DNA of 64,000 nucleotides from a virus (Duplodnaviria; Caudoviricetes): IMG/VR virus record IMGVR_UViG_3300033555_000001, positions 160,001 to 224,000 of that record; one strand, 5' to 3'. Shown piece by piece: positions 62,668 to 64,000 of this stretch (position 1 is its first letter; each line of letters starts with the position of its first letter). The notes under the pieces were generated by a model. It saw only the letters and a program-made list of their open reading frames with translations, ran no database searches and was not told where the DNA came from. The position numbers and the translations under genes were made by a program.

Positions 62668-63795
62668 ATGAGTACCTTTCAAGATTTCTTAGTGGAATTT
62701 AAAAATTCCGCGCACTACACAGAAATGGCGGGCACTGTAGAGGATTCGCCATGGCACCGCGAGGCTAATGTTTGGGTACACACTGAAATGGTGCTTGATG
62801 CCTACGCACTTAACTTTGCGCCCCACCGTACTGATCTTGCAAATTTAATTGCTCAAGTAGCCCTGTTATTTCACGACGCCGGAAAACCATCGGCAGAAGA
62901 AGTTCTTGAAAAGAAAGATGGTGAAGGAGTCTATCGCCGTTACGCCGGCCATGAGCAGCACTCTGCAATTTCTTTTATGGATTACTATCTAAAAAGCGCA
63001 GCACTGCAGTCTTTGCTCTCACCTGACGGCGCCCGCGCCGTCCGCTGGATTATTGAACATCACTTGCCGTATGGATTTAAAGATACCGCAAAGCGCAAGG
63101 GTCTTGGGCATGGTACACTTGCAGCACTCCACGGCGCTGGAATCACAATTCAAACGTTCTTTGATTGCTTGCGTGCAGACGCTGCTGGAAGAACAAGCGA
63201 TGACCACCCTCAAAAACTGTCTGCAGTTGAAGTATGGATTAATGATTTTAAACCGCTGTGTATTGTGTCAACACCGATAGCCGCACCGCAAAAACTTTAC
63301 ATTATGATTGGCCCAAGCGGCTCAGGTAAAACCACATGGACTGCAGCAAGGCTCGGGTTTACAGACCGCGTGGTGTCACTTGATGACATGCGTATTGATT
63401 TTCTGGATCAACACGAACAGTTCTTTGACAGTGATGTTAAAAAATACGCCAGGGCCTGGGAATTTGCTACTTCAAACGAGGCCGCATTTTCAAAGTACGT
63501 CAGGGAGCAAACAAAGAAAATTTTCTCTGATCTGCCAGCAGGCGCCTCAATCTTTATTGATGCTACTAACTTAAGCAGAAAGCGTCGGGCGCAGTGGGTA
63601 GAACTTGGCCGTCAGAAAAAAATGGAAATCATTGGTGTTGAATTCTGGAACACGTTTGAAACCTTGTTGGATCGTCAGGGCACACGCGGCGACAAGTACG
63701 TGCCGTACGCTGCAGTAAAATCTCAGCACGCCGCCACCGCCCTTGCATGGGTTGGGCACGAGGTGAGTAGCGTTATTACTATAATCGGCCAATAG
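62668..63795 (+). CDS. HD-domain phosphohydrolase fused to polynucleotide kinase (HD-Pnk-like)
   Basis: WHREANVWVHT...FHDAGK (HD domain); GPSGSGKTT and IDATNL (kinase). Confidence 0.8.
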   Translation: MSTFQDFLVEFKNSAHYTEMAGTVEDSPWHREANVWVHTEMVLDAYALNFAPHRTDLANLIAQVALLFHDAGKPSAEEVLEKKDGEGVYRRYAGHEQHSAISFMDYYLKSAALQSLLSPDGARAVRWIIEHHLPYGFKDTAKRKGLGHGTLAALHGAGITIQTFFDCLRADAAGRTSDDHPQKLSAVEVWINDFKPLCIVSTPIAAPQKLYIMIGPSGSGKTTWTAARLGFTDRVVSLDDMRIDFLDQHEQFFDSDVKKYARAWEFATSNEAAFSKYVREQTKKIFSDLPAGASIFIDATNLSRKRRAQWVELGRQKKMEIIGVEFWNTFETLLDRQGTRGDKYVPYAAVKSQHAATALAWVGHEVSSVITIIGQ

Positions 63796-63843
63796 CAGTT
63801 GCCGGAAAGTATTAATACACTCATATAGCAGATGGAGATCAAT

Positions 63844-63987
63844 ATGTTTGTAAGTGAAATGCGCATGAGAGCTGTTCGTCGAGCAATTGCTACCTGGCAC
63901 CCTACTGGTAAAACCGCCGAAGAGCGGTACCCACGCTTATTCAGACTGGCAGTATCTCTTGGGTTTGTAGATTGCATGGAGTGCTGA
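63844..63987 (+). CDS. Small hypothetical protein, 47 aa
   Basis: GGAG Shine-Dalgarno; below the ORF-track cutoff. Confidence 0.4.
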   Translation: MFVSEMRMRAVRRAIATWHPTGKTAEERYPRLFRLAVSLGFVDCMEC

Positions 63988-64000
63988 TCTAAATCATCAC

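Noticed and set aside
62668-62697. MSTFQDFLVE leader on the HD-Pnk gene resembling the capsid-targeting sequence
   Set aside because: It lies in an early-type accessory operon without a late promoter, so it was excluded from the cargo set; it remains a useful control for the motif's false-positive rate.
1-64000. CRISPR array, tRNA or rRNA genes
   Set aside because: No regularly spaced repeats and no cloverleaf or CCA-ending tRNA-like sequence were recognised by eye; tRNAscan would be needed to exclude them fully.
1-64000. Alternative genetic code (stop-codon reassignment, seen in some large phages)
   Set aside because: Core genes translate full length in the standard code, and TAA, TAG and TGA all act as stops at coupled gene junctions.
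1-64000. Diversity-generating retroelement, retron or integrase explaining the repeats
   Set aside because: No reverse transcriptase or site-specific recombinase motifs are present, and repeat mismatches are not adenine-specific.

Overview
This 64 kb window comes from a large T4-like (myovirus, probably jumbo) phage genome read in the standard genetic code. It carries nearly the whole virion morphogenesis module. Baseplate genes are gp6-, 25-, 5-, hub-, 53-, 26- and 51-like; head genes are the major capsid protein, scaffold, core protein, prohead protease and portal; tail and neck genes include a tape-measure-like gene, gp13/14/15, sheath and tube; packaging genes are the head-completion nuclease and both terminase subunits. 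It also holds the gp55 late sigma factor, gp46/47, endonuclease VII, three Hef-like endonucleases and early accessory genes. All product calls rest on motifs recognised by eye, not on database searches. The most notable unexplained structure has two parts. (1) About 19 non-core genes scattered through the late operons begin with a T4 internal-protein-like capsid-targeting leader ending in [IL]-X-E; they include ADP-ribosyltransferase-fold, GNAT and amidoligase enzymes. (2) At least six of these genes sit inside short direct repeats that duplicate the 3' end or terminator of the upstream core gene, with mostly synonymous divergence in the two longest coding repeats. Together these suggest a mobile, cassette-like capsid payload system. 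Other highlights are a candidate -1 frameshift joining the gp26- and gp51-like ORFs, a minimal PolA/T7-RNAP-like polymerase, and promoter-to-ATG spacings that point to leaderless mRNAs. No CRISPR array, tRNA or rRNA was recognised.
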